NCBI GenBank assembly: GCA_963699705.1
Contig: CAVOUW010000003.1
Coordinates: forward strand, 2,161,776 to 2,225,775
DNA: 64,000 bases
Origin: an uncultured delta proteobacterium
GTDB taxonomy: Bacteria; Desulfobacterota; Binatia; Binatales; Binataceae
Direction of reading: 5' to 3'
The notes beneath the pieces were generated by a model that made no database searches, was not told the origin of the DNA, and worked only from the letters and a program-made list of their open reading frames with translations. This document shows, in pieces, positions 18,405 to 28,579 of the stretch. The translations under genes were made by a program, and so were the position numbers. Position 1 is the stretch's first letter; each line of letters opens with the position of its first letter.

Positions 18405-19181
18405 CTAGAAATGATCTTTCAATTCGCGCGCCTTTGCGAAAATTGCGATCGGGTCGTCGCTCACCGATGGATCGCGCTGTTTCAGATGAGTGCGCAGCTC
18501 GGGGCTGTCGGTGCGCAGAAACGGGTTGGTCTGCTTCTCGTCGGCGATGGTCGAAGGCACCGTGAACTTGTTCTCTGCGCGTGCTTTCACGCTCCACTCA
18601 TACTTTTTTTTCAGCGCCGCGTTGTTCGGCTCGAGCGTCAGTGCGAAGCGCAGATTTTTTTCCGTGTATTCGTGACCGCAATAGACCTGCGTCGAGTCGG
18701 GCAGTGACGCGAGTTTCTTCAGCGACGCGACCATCGTTGCGGCTTTGCCCTCGAACACGCGGCCGCATCCGCCGACGAACATCGTGTCGCCGGTAAATAC
18801 CGCGCTGAGCGTCGGAAAATAGTAGGCGACGTGTCCGTTGGTATGCGCCGGGATTCCAATCACGCGGCCTTCGAGCGCGCCGATTCGCACCTTGTCGCCA
18901 TCTGTCAGTGGATTCGTCAGCGCGGGTATTTTCCCGCCTTCCGCACTTGCGCCGTAAATTTTGATCCCAGATATTTTCGACGCGATGTCGTTATTGCCGC
19001 CCGAATGATCGCCATGCCAATGCGTAGTCAGCACTGCGACGATTGTTGCGCCGTGCGATTTCGCCGCCGCGATCACTTTGTCGGCCTCGGCGCAATCGAC
19101 CACCGCGCATTCCTTGCTGCCGTCGTCGATCACCAGGTACGCGTAGTTATCCGATAGCTGGGGGACTGTGACGATAGCCAT
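18405..19181 (-). CDS. gloB: hydroxyacylglutathione hydrolase (glyoxalase II), MBL fold
   Basis: MAIVTVPQLSDNYAYLVIDDGSKECAVVDCAEAD...THWHGDHSGG...CGHEYT. ATG at 19179..19181. The ORF track extension to 19907 overlaps fabI in another frame and is not real. Confidence 0.8.
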   Translation of the reverse strand: MAIVTVPQLSDNYAYLVIDDGSKECAVVDCAEADKVIAAAKSHGATIVAVLTTHWHGDHSGGNNDIASKISGIKIYGASAEGGKIPALTNPLTDGDKVRIGALEGRVIGIPAHTNGHVAYYFPTLSAVFTGDTMFVGGCGRVFEGKAATMVASLKKLASLPDSTQVYCGHEYTEKNLRFALTLEPNNAALKKKYEWSVKARAENKFTVPSTIADEKQTNPFLRTDSPELRTHLKQRDPSVSDDPIAIFAKARELKDHF

Positions 19182-19195
19182 CGCGTTACTCCTTA

Positions 19196-19969
19196 CTAAA
19201 CGCCGACGATATTGTAGCCCACGTCCACGTAAAGCGTCTGGCCGGTGACGCCGCTGGAAAAATCGCTCAGCACCGCGGCCGCCATCTTGCCGACTTCTTC
19301 GATTTTCATCGCGCGCCGCAACGGCGATCGCTCCTCGACCTCGTGTTGCATCGAATGGAAGTCTCGAATCGCCGACGACGACAGCGTCCGCGCAGGGCCG
19401 GCGCTGAGCGCGTTGACACGAATATTCTTGGCCCCGAGATCCACCGACAGGTAGCGTACACAGGCTTCCAGAGCCGCCTTCGCCACTCCCATCATGTTGT
19501 AATTGGGGATCGCGCGGACCGCGCCGAGATAGCTGAGCGTCAGGATCGATCCGCCGCCGCGCGCTTCCATCAACGGTTCCGCCGCGCGCGCGAGCGCGAC
19601 CAGCGAGTAGGCGCTGATCTCGAGCGACTTTTTGAAATTCTCGCGAGTCACGGTCAGAAATCGATCGCGCAGATCTTCGCGCTCCGCAAATGCGACCGCA
19701 TGCACCAGCAGATCGAGTCCGTCCCATTTTTTCTTGAGCGCCGCGAACACCGACGCGATTTGCGTATCGTCGTTGACGTCGAGCTCGCCGATCACGTCCG
19801 CTTCGATCTGCGCCGCCAGCGGACGCACGCGCTTTTCGAGGATCTCGCCCTGGTAGGTCATCGCGATCTCGGCGCCTTCCGCCGCGAGCGTTTGTGCGAT
19901 CGACCATGCCAGGCTCTTGTCGTTCGCGACGCCGACGACCAACGCTCGTTTGCCTTCTACTATGCCCAT
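19196..19969 (-). CDS. fabI: enoyl-[acyl-carrier-protein] reductase (NADH)
   Basis: MGIVEGKRALVVGVANDKSLAWSIAQTLAAEGAEIAMTYQGE...YNMMGVAKAALEA...RVNALSAGP. Confidence 0.9.
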   Translation of the reverse strand: MGIVEGKRALVVGVANDKSLAWSIAQTLAAEGAEIAMTYQGEILEKRVRPLAAQIEADVIGELDVNDDTQIASVFAALKKKWDGLDLLVHAVAFAEREDLRDRFLTVTRENFKKSLEISAYSLVALARAAEPLMEARGGGSILTLSYLGAVRAIPNYNMMGVAKAALEACVRYLSVDLGAKNIRVNALSAGPARTLSSSAIRDFHSMQHEVEERSPLRRAMKIEEVGKMAAAVLSDFSSGVTGQTLYVDVGYNIVGV

Positions 19970-20010
19970 GGAAGTTCCTTGTCTGTGGAGGTGCGCGCGG
20001 GCCCGGATCT

Positions 20011-20784
20011 CTACAGCGTGATCTTCATACCGTCATAGCCCATTTCGAGCGCGATCTCATCCTCGCGGCTCAGCACTTCGCGTCCGAGATGTGTCAGCAC
20101 CATCCGCCGCACCTTGAACTTGTCGCGATTCTTCGCCAGCAGCGGATAGTTGAGATGAAACTTCAGATGCGCGCTCTCGAAGTACGTGCATTCGCACAGG
20201 AACAGATCGGCGCCGTCGCTGAGCTCCACCAGTTCATCATTCCATCCGCTGTCGCCCGAGAAAACTATCGATTTGCCGCCGCCGTCGACTCTCAACGACA
20301 GCGAAATGTCCGGCTTGGTATGCGGACTGCGAATCGCGCTCACCTTGAACTTGCCCAGTCGCGTCGATTTACCCGGCTCGAGCACCACGAACTTCAGTTT
20401 ATGTTTGATCTTGTCGAGCTCGAAATGCGGGAACATCGTGCGCATCAGCGACCACGTCCGCTCCTCGAGCTTGGCCGGCCCCGCGATGGTCAGCACCTTT
20501 TTGCGGCGCGTCTCCCACATGTAGTCGAGGATCAGAAACGGCAGGCCGCCAAAATGATCGCCGTGCAGATGACTGATCAGCAGCAAATCGAAACTGTCGG
20601 GCGCGACCCTGTTGCTCTTGAGCGCCTGCATCAAGCACGGTCCCGCTTCCATCAGGATTCGTCCCGCGGGCGCGTCGATCAGGTAGCCAGATTGTGAACG
20701 GCCAAAACTCGCGAACGCATCTCCGGTGCCCAACAGAGTGACGGTCGCCTTCGCACCATTCGATGTCGTAGGATTCTGATTCAT
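20011..20784 (-). CDS. MBL-fold metallo-hydrolase (RNase Z / beta-lactamase-like)
   Basis: TLLGTGDAFASFGRSQSGYLI...LLISHLHGDHFGGLPFLI...VFSGDSGWNDELVE. Confidence 0.75.
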   Translation of the reverse strand: MNQNPTTSNGAKATVTLLGTGDAFASFGRSQSGYLIDAPAGRILMEAGPCLMQALKSNRVAPDSFDLLLISHLHGDHFGGLPFLILDYMWETRRKKVLTIAGPAKLEERTWSLMRTMFPHFELDKIKHKLKFVVLEPGKSTRLGKFKVSAIRSPHTKPDISLSLRVDGGGKSIVFSGDSGWNDELVELSDGADLFLCECTYFESAHLKFHLNYPLLAKNRDKFKVRRMVLTHLGREVLSREDEIALEMGYDGMKITL

Positions 20785-20841
20785 TCAGGCGAGCTATGCT
20801 ATTATCATCAAGTGAGCCGCGCAAACGAGGGAGCGCCCGCG

Positions 20842-21789
20842 ATGAAACAGGTAAAAATCGGCGTCGGATTCGGACTTTGGCGGCTTGGGATGCCCTCGGC
20901 GGAAACCATCGCGCGCGTTGCGGAGCACGCCGAAGACTGGGGCCTCGATTCGTTCTGGCTCTCCGATCATTTGCTCGCACCGTCGCCGGAACTCGACGTC
21001 GTCGCGACCTTGTCGCTGCTGGCCTCGCGCACTTCGCGCATGAAACTCGGCCCGAGCGTACTGCTGCTCAACCTGCGTCACCCGCTGATGGTTGCGAAAT
21101 CGTTCGCGTCGCTCGACTACCTGTCGAACGGCCGCATGGTAATGGCGGTCGGCACCGGCGCCAATCTCAATGACTATGCGGCGTGCGGAATTCCAGTCGA
21201 GGGCCGCGGCAAGCGTCTCGACGAGGGCATCGAAGTACTGCGCACCGTTTGGCGCGATCGCGTCGCAAGCTATCATGGTCGCTTCTTCAACTTTGACAAC
21301 GTCACGATTGAGCCGCGTCCCGCCGCGCGCACCAACAATGATTTCGGCACGATGGATATCTGGGTCGGCGGCCGCTCCGACGCGGCGCTGAAACGCGCGG
21401 CGCGCCTGGCCGACGGCTTCTTCGCGTCGTTCCAGACTCCCGACGAATTCGGCGCGAGCATGGCGAAGATTCGCGACTATGCGGCCGGCTACGGTCGCGC
21501 CAACGCACACATCGAATCCGGATTGATCTTATTGTGCCGCATCTCGACGTCGCGTGCGCGCGCACTCGAAGAAATGCGCCCGATGCTGACCGCGATGGGC
21601 CGCGGCGCGGAGGCTTACCTCGAGCGCACGGTTTACGGCTCGCCCGACGACGTCATCGCGCGCCTCAGTGAATATGTTGCGAAGGGTCTCGACAAGTTTG
21701 TACTGTGGCCAATCGCGGCACCCGATGCGTGGCCGAAGCAAATCGAACTGGTCGGCCGCGAAATTGCCTCGCATTACGCCGCGGCCTGA
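20842..21789 (+). CDS. LLM-class (luciferase-like) flavin/F420-dependent oxidoreductase
   Basis: MKQVKIGVGFGLWRLGMPSAETIARVAEHAEDWGLDSFWLSDHL...GRMVMAVGTG. ATG 20842 lies inside the ORF that opens at GTG 20812. Confidence 0.8.
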   Translation: MKQVKIGVGFGLWRLGMPSAETIARVAEHAEDWGLDSFWLSDHLLAPSPELDVVATLSLLASRTSRMKLGPSVLLLNLRHPLMVAKSFASLDYLSNGRMVMAVGTGANLNDYAACGIPVEGRGKRLDEGIEVLRTVWRDRVASYHGRFFNFDNVTIEPRPAARTNNDFGTMDIWVGGRSDAALKRAARLADGFFASFQTPDEFGASMAKIRDYAAGYGRANAHIESGLILLCRISTSRARALEEMRPMLTAMGRGAEAYLERTVYGSPDDVIARLSEYVAKGLDKFVLWPIAAPDAWPKQIELVGREIASHYAAA

Positions 21790-22363
21790 AAATTTCGCGC
21801 GGACCGCAGTTGTCATCGCGCTCGCATTTGCGATCGCCGTTTTTTCAGGATGCGCCAAGTCTCCGCCAGTCACACGGCCGCCGAGCATCTATGCCAGCGC
21901 CGAGGATGTCGAGATAAACTTTCGCGACCGCACTTTCGTGCTCGGTGACAACAATGAAATCGCCGAAGTGCGCCCGCTCCGTTGGCGTAAGGACCAATTC
22001 CTCAAACTGCCATTCTGGTTCGGCGTCAACATTCTCGTGCCCGGCGTTAACGCGCCGAAGGAAGGCGACTTCTACGTCATCAGCGAAGCGACGCTCGAAA
22101 AGCCGCTCGACGCACCCGGCGAATGGATGATCGAAGCGGGCAGCTCGCTCGTCAAGCAGGAGACGGTCTTCGTCACGACCCGCACGCAATATACGGGTAC
22201 TGGAAAAATTCTGCCGACCATCGTGCAATACATGGGCAAACGCGAATTCAAACGCTCCGACGGCAAGACCGTGCAAATCCCCGTGCTGCGCGAGGTCTCG
22301 CTGCCGATGAAATGGACGCTCGGCGGCCATATCCCCGCCGACTACGCGAGATATCACACATGA
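21764..22363 (+). CDS. lipoprotein of unknown function (paralog 1)
   Basis: Proposed TTG start at 21764 gives LPRITPRPENFARTAVVIALAFAIAVFSGC (lipobox FSGC) and overlaps the LLM gene 3' end. It shares motifs with the next gene (WRKDQFLKLPFWFGVN, TRTQYTGTGKILPTIV, VPVLREVSLPMKW). Confidence 0.5.
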   Translation: MPRITPRPENFARTAVVIALAFAIAVFSGCAKSPPVTRPPSIYASAEDVEINFRDRTFVLGDNNEIAEVRPLRWRKDQFLKLPFWFGVNILVPGVNAPKEGDFYVISEATLEKPLDAPGEWMIEAGSSLVKQETVFVTTRTQYTGTGKILPTIVQYMGKREFKRSDGKTVQIPVLREVSLPMKWTLGGHIPADYARYHT

Positions 22364-23010
22364 CTCGCGCCAGAACCTACGTCGCCGCGATTGCAATGAC
22401 GCTGATGGCGCTCGCAATCGGATGCACTCCCGACAAAGCGCTCGATTTCGGCCCGGTCGGCGAAATCACCACGCCGCCCGAAGATCAGTTGAGCCGCGAC
22501 ATCATGCGCGATTTCGCCGGCCGCGATTTCAATCTCGACAACAACGATCACGAGGCGCACATCAGCCTCACCGATTGGAAGCCCGGCCGCCGCATCATCA
22601 TGCCGTACTGGCTCGGCGTGAACCCGCTCTACCCCGGGTTTTTGCGCCCAACCGTCGGACATCTATATGTGATGAGCCAATCGACGCTAGTCCGCCCACT
22701 CGGTAACCGCCCGCTCGGCAACAACCAAAACGAATACCTGATTCGCGCCGGCTCGAAACTCTTCAAGAGCGACACCGTCTTCGAAGCCACGCACACGCAC
22801 TACACCGACACCGGCGGAATGCTCCCGACGGTAGTCCGCTTCACCGGCACGCGAATAATCACCGTCCCTAAGGACGCCCCCGCCACAGGAACAATCACAG
22901 AAAAGGTCCCGGTGTTACGCGAAGTGTCGATGCCAATGCACACGGCGTCGGATCAGGATTTATCCGGCTACGCGAAGTTCGAAGCGGTCGCTGCTACTCG
23001 ATCGCCATAG
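22359..23010 (+). CDS. lipoprotein of unknown function (paralog 2)
   Basis: MTRARTYVAAIAMTLMALAIGC (lipobox AIGC). It overlaps paralog 1 by ATGA (22359..22363). Paralogous motifs: WKPGRRIIMPYWLGVN, THTHYTDTGGMLPTVV, VPVLREVSMPMHT. Confidence 0.6.
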
Positions 23011-23096
23011 CGCCTAAAGATTTTTCCTTCGTTTCTCAGATTATCCAAAATGAAGGAAAATAGTCCGTTCAACGAATTATCGGAGGAACTTGCCGC

Positions 23097-23519
<423 letters not shown>

Positions 23520-23524
23520 CGCCC

Positions 23525-25525
23525 TTACGTCTCTTCGGATTCCTGCAGCGTTGCGGTTTGCAGCAACTCTGCCGGGACGTCTTCGAGGAAGCGCGACACG
23601 CGGCCCATCACGAAGCCGAAGTTGCGGTCGAACATGTGTATCGGATACGACAGGTACAGCTCGTCGCGCGCCCGCGTGCTCGCGACGTACATCAGCCGCC
23701 GCTCCTCTTCGATCTCATCGTCGCCGACACTTTGCGGTCCCGGGAACCGTCCATCCGCGGCCCAGATCAGGAACACCACTTTCCACTCGAGTCCCTTGGC
23801 CGAATGAATCGTCGTCAGCGTCATGTGCTCATCTTCCGAATCGGTCGCGAGCACCCCGTCGAGCGAATCATTCGGCGGCTCGAGCGCCATATCCGCCAGC
23901 ATCTGCTCGAGGCTCTTGTAGCGCTCCGTGAGATTCTGAAAATGTTCGAGGTCGCGTTCGCGCTTGGGATAATCGTCGGCGTACGCCTCGCGCATCACGG
24001 GCAGATAGTATTCGAGCGTCATCGCGATCTGCTCGGGCGGCCGCTTTTCGCCCGCGCGCAATTCCGCCAGCAGCGTGCCCAGTCGCTTGAGGCCGCTCTC
24101 AGAGCCACCGCGAGCCTTTTCAGCGAATTTCGCTACCGCTGCCGCTGGATCGTCGGATGCAACCAGCATGTCGATCGTCCTCTCCGCCGTGCGATGGCCG
24201 ATACCCTTCACCAGCGTCAGCACGCGCAGCCATGACACCGCGTCCGCAGGATTCGCGATCACTCGCAGATGCGCCAGCACATCCTTGATATGCGCGGTTT
24301 CTATAAATTTGAATCCGCCACGCTTGATGAACGGGATGTCGCGCCGCTGCAGCTCGAGTTCCAGGTCGAAAGAATGAAAGCTCGATCGAAACAGCACCGC
24401 GATTTCGTTGAGCTCGACGCCTTCTTCGCGCAACTCGAGAATCCGTTGCGCGACGAATCGCGATTGCATGTGCTCGTCCTGCGCGCGCACCAGGAACGGC
24501 CGAAAGCCGCCCTCGCGCTGCGTGAACAGCGCCTTGGTGTATTTTTCACCGGCGCGCGAGATCACGTCATTTGCGACGTCGAGGATCCCCTGGATCGAGC
24601 GGTAGTTCTCTTCGAGCTTCACGATCTTCGCGCCCGGAAAAATCGTGGGGAAGTCCATGATGTTGCGGAAGTTGGCGCCGCGAAACGAGTAGATCGACTG
24701 CGCATCGTCGCCGACCGCCATCACGTTGCGATGATTCATCGCGAGCAGCCGCACCAGGTCGGCCTGTATCAGGTTGGTGTCCTGGTACTCATCGATCATG
24801 ATGTAGCGATAGCTGTCCGACAGCCGGCGGCGCACGTTCTCGTATTGCTCGAGCAACTCCGCCAGCCGATACAGCAGGTCGTCATAGTCGAGCAGCGCGC
24901 GCTCGCGTTTGTAGCTCTCGTAATTTTTCGCGAGCTCGAGAATTTCCGTCTCATGCTCACCGAGATGCGGAAAATCGATCTCGATCTCCTCTTCGAGCGC
25001 GCGCCGTTTGTTGCGCGCCATGCTGATCGTCTCGGCAATCGTGCTCTTCTTCGGAAACCGGCGCTCGCGCGACCCGAGTCCCATCCGCGTCCGGATCAGG
25101 TTGATCACGTCTTCCATGTCCGATCGATCAAGGATGGTGAAGTTGGGCTTGAGGCCCATCGGCGCGCCATGCCGCCGCAGCACGTTGTTCGCGAATGAAT
25201 GAAACGTCCCGCCCGCGACCGCGCCCGCACGATCTCCAACCAGTTGTTCTGCGCGACGCAACATCTCTTGCGCCGCACGCCGCGTGAACGTCAGCAGCAG
25301 AATCGCGCCCGGCGGCACGCCGCTCTCGATCAAGCGTGCGACCCGATAGATCAGCGTGCGAGTCTTGCCCGATCCCGCCCCCGCAACCACCAGTAGCGGC
25401 CCGTCGCGATGCGTCACGGCCGCAAGCTGCGCGGGATTCAGCAGCTCGGCGTACTTGATTTTGAAGTTGCGCTCGTCGGCCGGCAGCGCCGGCTTTTCGC
25501 GCAGGTAAATTACCTTGTCGGCCAC
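23525..25525 (-). CDS. UvrD/PcrA/Rep-family ATP-dependent DNA helicase
   Basis: ELLNPAQLAAVTHRDGPLLVVAGAGSGKTRTLIYRVARLI...helicase motifs through to the C-terminus. The in-frame GTG at 25523..25525 is preferred. The ORF's first ATG (25639) would overlap the upstream BON gene by 75 nt. Confidence 0.75.
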   Translation of the reverse strand: MADKVIYLREKPALPADERNFKIKYAELLNPAQLAAVTHRDGPLLVVAGAGSGKTRTLIYRVARLIESGVPPGAILLLTFTRRAAQEMLRRAEQLVGDRAGAVAGGTFHSFANNVLRRHGAPMGLKPNFTILDRSDMEDVINLIRTRMGLGSRERRFPKKSTIAETISMARNKRRALEEEIEIDFPHLGEHETEILELAKNYESYKRERALLDYDDLLYRLAELLEQYENVRRRLSDSYRYIMIDEYQDTNLIQADLVRLLAMNHRNVMAVGDDAQSIYSFRGANFRNIMDFPTIFPGAKIVKLEENYRSIQGILDVANDVISRAGEKYTKALFTQREGGFRPFLVRAQDEHMQSRFVAQRILELREEGVELNEIAVLFRSSFHSFDLELELQRRDIPFIKRGGFKFIETAHIKDVLAHLRVIANPADAVSWLRVLTLVKGIGHRTAERTIDMLVASDDPAAAVAKFAEKARGGSESGLKRLGTLLAELRAGEKRPPEQIAMTLEYYLPVMREAYADDYPKRERDLEHFQNLTERYKSLEQMLADMALEPPNDSLDGVLATDSEDEHMTLTTIHSAKGLEWKVVFLIWAADGRFPGPQSVGDDEIEEERRLMYVASTRARDELYLSYPIHMFDRNFGFVMGRVSRFLEDVPAELLQTATLQESEET

Positions 25526-25563
25526 GTCGAACGTGATCCTACCACGCCACGCGACGCGATTGC

Positions 25564-26016
25564 CTATGGCAGCATCGGCCCGCTGCCCGACGGCAGTTGC
25601 CCGCCGTTTTTGTAGATGCCTTGCATCGTCTTGTTCCACAGTTGGTCGGGACTGTTGGGCGATTGCGCACTCGATGCGGCCGCTGCCGATCCCTGAGGCG
25701 CGCGCAAATCCTCGACGTGCGGATCGAGCAGAATCTGGTCAACCAAATTGACGCTCGGATCGTTCAAGTACGCATTCGCGATTCGTTCCGCATCGTTGCG
25801 TCCAAACTGCGTCGCCACAAAGCCGGTGAGTATCAATTGTTTACTGCCACCCGGCGACGTCGAGAACTGCGCGGTGACCATCGGCAGCTCGTTCATGTGA
25901 AGATACTTCGTGAGCGCATCGCTGGTCCCCTGATCGATCACGTAATCCTGCCCCCGCGCGACACCGCACAGACTCATAACGATGATCACCGACATGAATG
26001 CTTTCACTCGTCGCAT
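25564..26016 (-). CDS. secreted BON-domain protein
   Basis: A signal peptide (MRRVKAFMSVIIVMSLCGVARG), then ELPMVTAQFSTSPGGSKQLILTGFVATQFGRNDAERIANAYL (BON-like), then a Ser/Ala/Pro-rich tail. The start is chosen at ATG 26014..26016. Confidence 0.5.
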   Translation of the reverse strand: MRRVKAFMSVIIVMSLCGVARGQDYVIDQGTSDALTKYLHMNELPMVTAQFSTSPGGSKQLILTGFVATQFGRNDAERIANAYLNDPSVNLVDQILLDPHVEDLRAPQGSAAAASSAQSPNSPDQLWNKTMQGIYKNGGQLPSGSGPMLP

Positions 26017-26109
26017 CACCATCCTCGACGATACCTGACGCGCTCGAAGAAAAGAAAACGCGGGCGTCATCTTCAACGCCCGCGCCTCTTTGTGTTTGCG
26101 ATTATCGGT

Positions 26110-27145
26110 TTACGGAACCTGGATCTGCTGAATCTGCGCAGTCTCTTTCTGCACTACCGCGGGAGGAAGCGGCGCGTACTTCAGGTCCGGCGCGTAGGTC
26201 TGTCCCTCGGTCAGCGCCCAGCCCAGGAACTTCTTGATCTGCTCGCCGACTTCCTTGTTGGTCTGCTTCTGATAAACCAGCAGCCACGTGAACGACGAGA
26301 TCGGGTACGCATCGGGGCCCGGCGCGTCCGTGATCGACACGCGGAAGTCCGCCGGCATGTTGCCCGCCGTTGACGCCGCCGCGGCCGTCACGCCCGCCAG
26401 GCTCGCGTCGACCCAGTTGCCCGCTTTGTTCTGGATCTGCGCGAATGGAATTTTGTTGTTGAGCGCGTAGATCAGCTCGACGTATCCGATCGAGCCGGGC
26501 GTCTGCTGCACCAGCGCCGTCACGCCCTCATTGCCCTTGCCGCCGAGTCCGGTCGGCCACTTGACCGCGGTGCCCTTGCCCGGATCCGACGCCCAGCTCG
26601 AGCTCACCTTCGAAAGGTAGTCGGTGAAAATATACGACGTGCCGCTGCCGTCCGACCGGTGGCATACGACGATGTCCTGCCCCGCCGGGATCTGCGCGCT
26701 CGGATTCAGCGCCCTGATCTTGTCGTCATCCCATTTCGTTATCTTGGCCGAGAAAATGTCCGCGATAACCGGACCCGTCAGCCGCAGCGTGCCGGTGAAG
26801 CCAGGCAGATTGTATGCGACCACGACCGCGCCCATCACGCTCGGGAAGTGCAGAATTTTTCCCGGCGCATCGGAAAGCTGTTGATCGGTCATCGGCGCGT
26901 CGCTCGCACCTAGATCAACCGTGCGATTCGACAGCATTCTGATTCCGCCGCCCGAACCAATCGATTGGTAGTTGAATTTGACCCCTGGATTTTCCTTCGC
27001 GTAAACGTCGAACCACTTGGAATAGATCGGATATGGGAACGTCGCGCCGGCGCCGTTGATTAATATGGTCGGCGAATCCGGATCGGCCGATTCCCGCAAT
27101 CGCAAGGAGTATGAAAAGGGCCAGAATGAGTCGTCGTTTGATCAT
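26110..27145 (-). pseudogene. pstS: phosphate ABC transporter substrate-binding protein PstS, apparently frameshifted within the signal-peptide region
   Basis: The mature PstS (ADPDSPTILINGAGATFPYPIYSKW...NYQSIGSGGG) is in the frame of ORF 26110..27105. The only signal peptide (MIKRRLILALFILLAIAGIG) is in the +1 frame of ORF 26915..27145. A TGA closes the PstS frame immediately upstream. Confidence 0.7.
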
Positions 27146-27383
27146 CTTTTGAACTTGCCTCGGTTAGTCGTGTCCGCTCCGCGAGTGGGGGTGCGGCGCG
27201 CAGAAGCTATGCACTGAACATTAACAGGGGATGAACCCGGCGTGTCGGCGAGTTGAAATCGTCCGCGTGGACCGCGATTCCCGTGGATAACCGCGCTTTG
27301 GCTGTAACCGTTTGCTTTTCTCGGCGTCGCTCGACGACAATTCAGATCGCCGTAACAATTCCGGTTCCTAAGCGTATTTTCCA

Positions 27384-28536
27384 ATGAGTAAATCACTCGA
27401 CGGAATCAACCTCGTCGAATTCGACTCCAACCTCGGCGCAGCTTACGCCGCGATGCTGCTCGCTGAAAACGGCGCGCACGCCATCAAAGTCGAGCCAATC
27501 GGCGGCTCGCGCCATCGCGTCACCCCGCACTTCCACGTCCTCAACCGCAGCAAGCGCGCGCTCGAGCTTGACCTCGACGATCCCGCATCACAGCCGCGCA
27601 TCGCCGATCTGATTCGATGGGCCGACATCGTCGTCACCGGCTTCACCCCGGCCCGCCTCAAACAACGGAATCTCGATCCAGAATCGATTCGCCGGATAAA
27701 TCCGCGCGCGATCGCGCTTGGCGTCCCTCCATTAGGCAGCCGCGGCCCCGACGCCGACTTCGACGCGAACGACGACCTTGTCGCGGCGCGCGGCGGAATC
27801 ACCGGCAGCCAATGGGCGCGCAGCGGCAATCCCGTCGCGCTGGTCTTTCCAGCGGCCAGTTATTCGGCCGGCGTGATGGCGGCGACCGCAGCGGTCGCAG
27901 CCCTCCTCGCGCGCGGTCGCGACGGAGGAGCAGGGCAGGCGGTCGAAGTGTCGCTTCTCGCCGGCGCCTTCTCGCTCCACACCGGCGGAATCCTGCGTCA
28001 CGAAAAAATGACGACGCTCTATCACGGGCCGCAGGATCCGCTCGGTCCGATTCCGGTTTATCGTCTGTTCGAAGCCGCCGACGGCAAATATCTGTTCGCC
28101 GCATGCGGCAACGCGACCTTCTGGGGCAAGTTTGCAATCGCAATCGATCGCCCCGATCTCGTCGGCGACCCGCGTTTCGAAAATGCGCCGTGGGGAATCG
28201 CGCAGGAACACTGGCAGCCGCTCAAGGACATCGTCGAGCCGATCATTCGCACCAAGTCGCGCGACCAATGGCTGAGCATCCTGCGCGAGGCCGACGTTCC
28301 ATGCGCTCCCGTGATGTCGCGTCACGAGTTTATCGATCACCCGCAGACGCGCTGCGCTCGGGATGCGCCATGAAATCGACGACCCCACTCTCGGCCGCAT
28401 GATTCAGATGGGCCTGCCGGTCTTTCTCAACGATACGCCCGGCGAAATCACCGGCGCGGCTCCGAAAAAGGGCGACGATCGCGCGGCCTTGCAATGGCTT
28501 CGAGAGCCAACCCGCGCCATCTCGCTAGAAATGTAA
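27384..28536 (+). pseudogene. CaiB/BaiF-family (class III) CoA-transferase, apparent 1-nt frameshift near the C-terminus
   Basis: The ORF stops at 28373 (…DHPQTRCARDAP*). The conserved C-terminal block continues in frame +1 (MRHEIDDPTLGRMIQMGLPVFLNDTPGEITGAAPKKGDDRAALQWL…EM*) to 28536. Removing one t at about 28351 restores …PQTRALGMRHEIDDPTLG. Confidence 0.7.
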
Positions 28537-28579
28537 GCCGCGTGTCGCTGAAAAAGGGCCTCCGCTCGATGGGGTCACG

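Noticed and set aside
18405-19907. Upstream 240-aa extension of the gloB ORF (R/G-rich)
   Set aside because: The extension overlaps fabI in a different frame and has no features. The true gloB start is the internal ATG at 19179..19181 (MAIVTVPQLSDNYAYL…).
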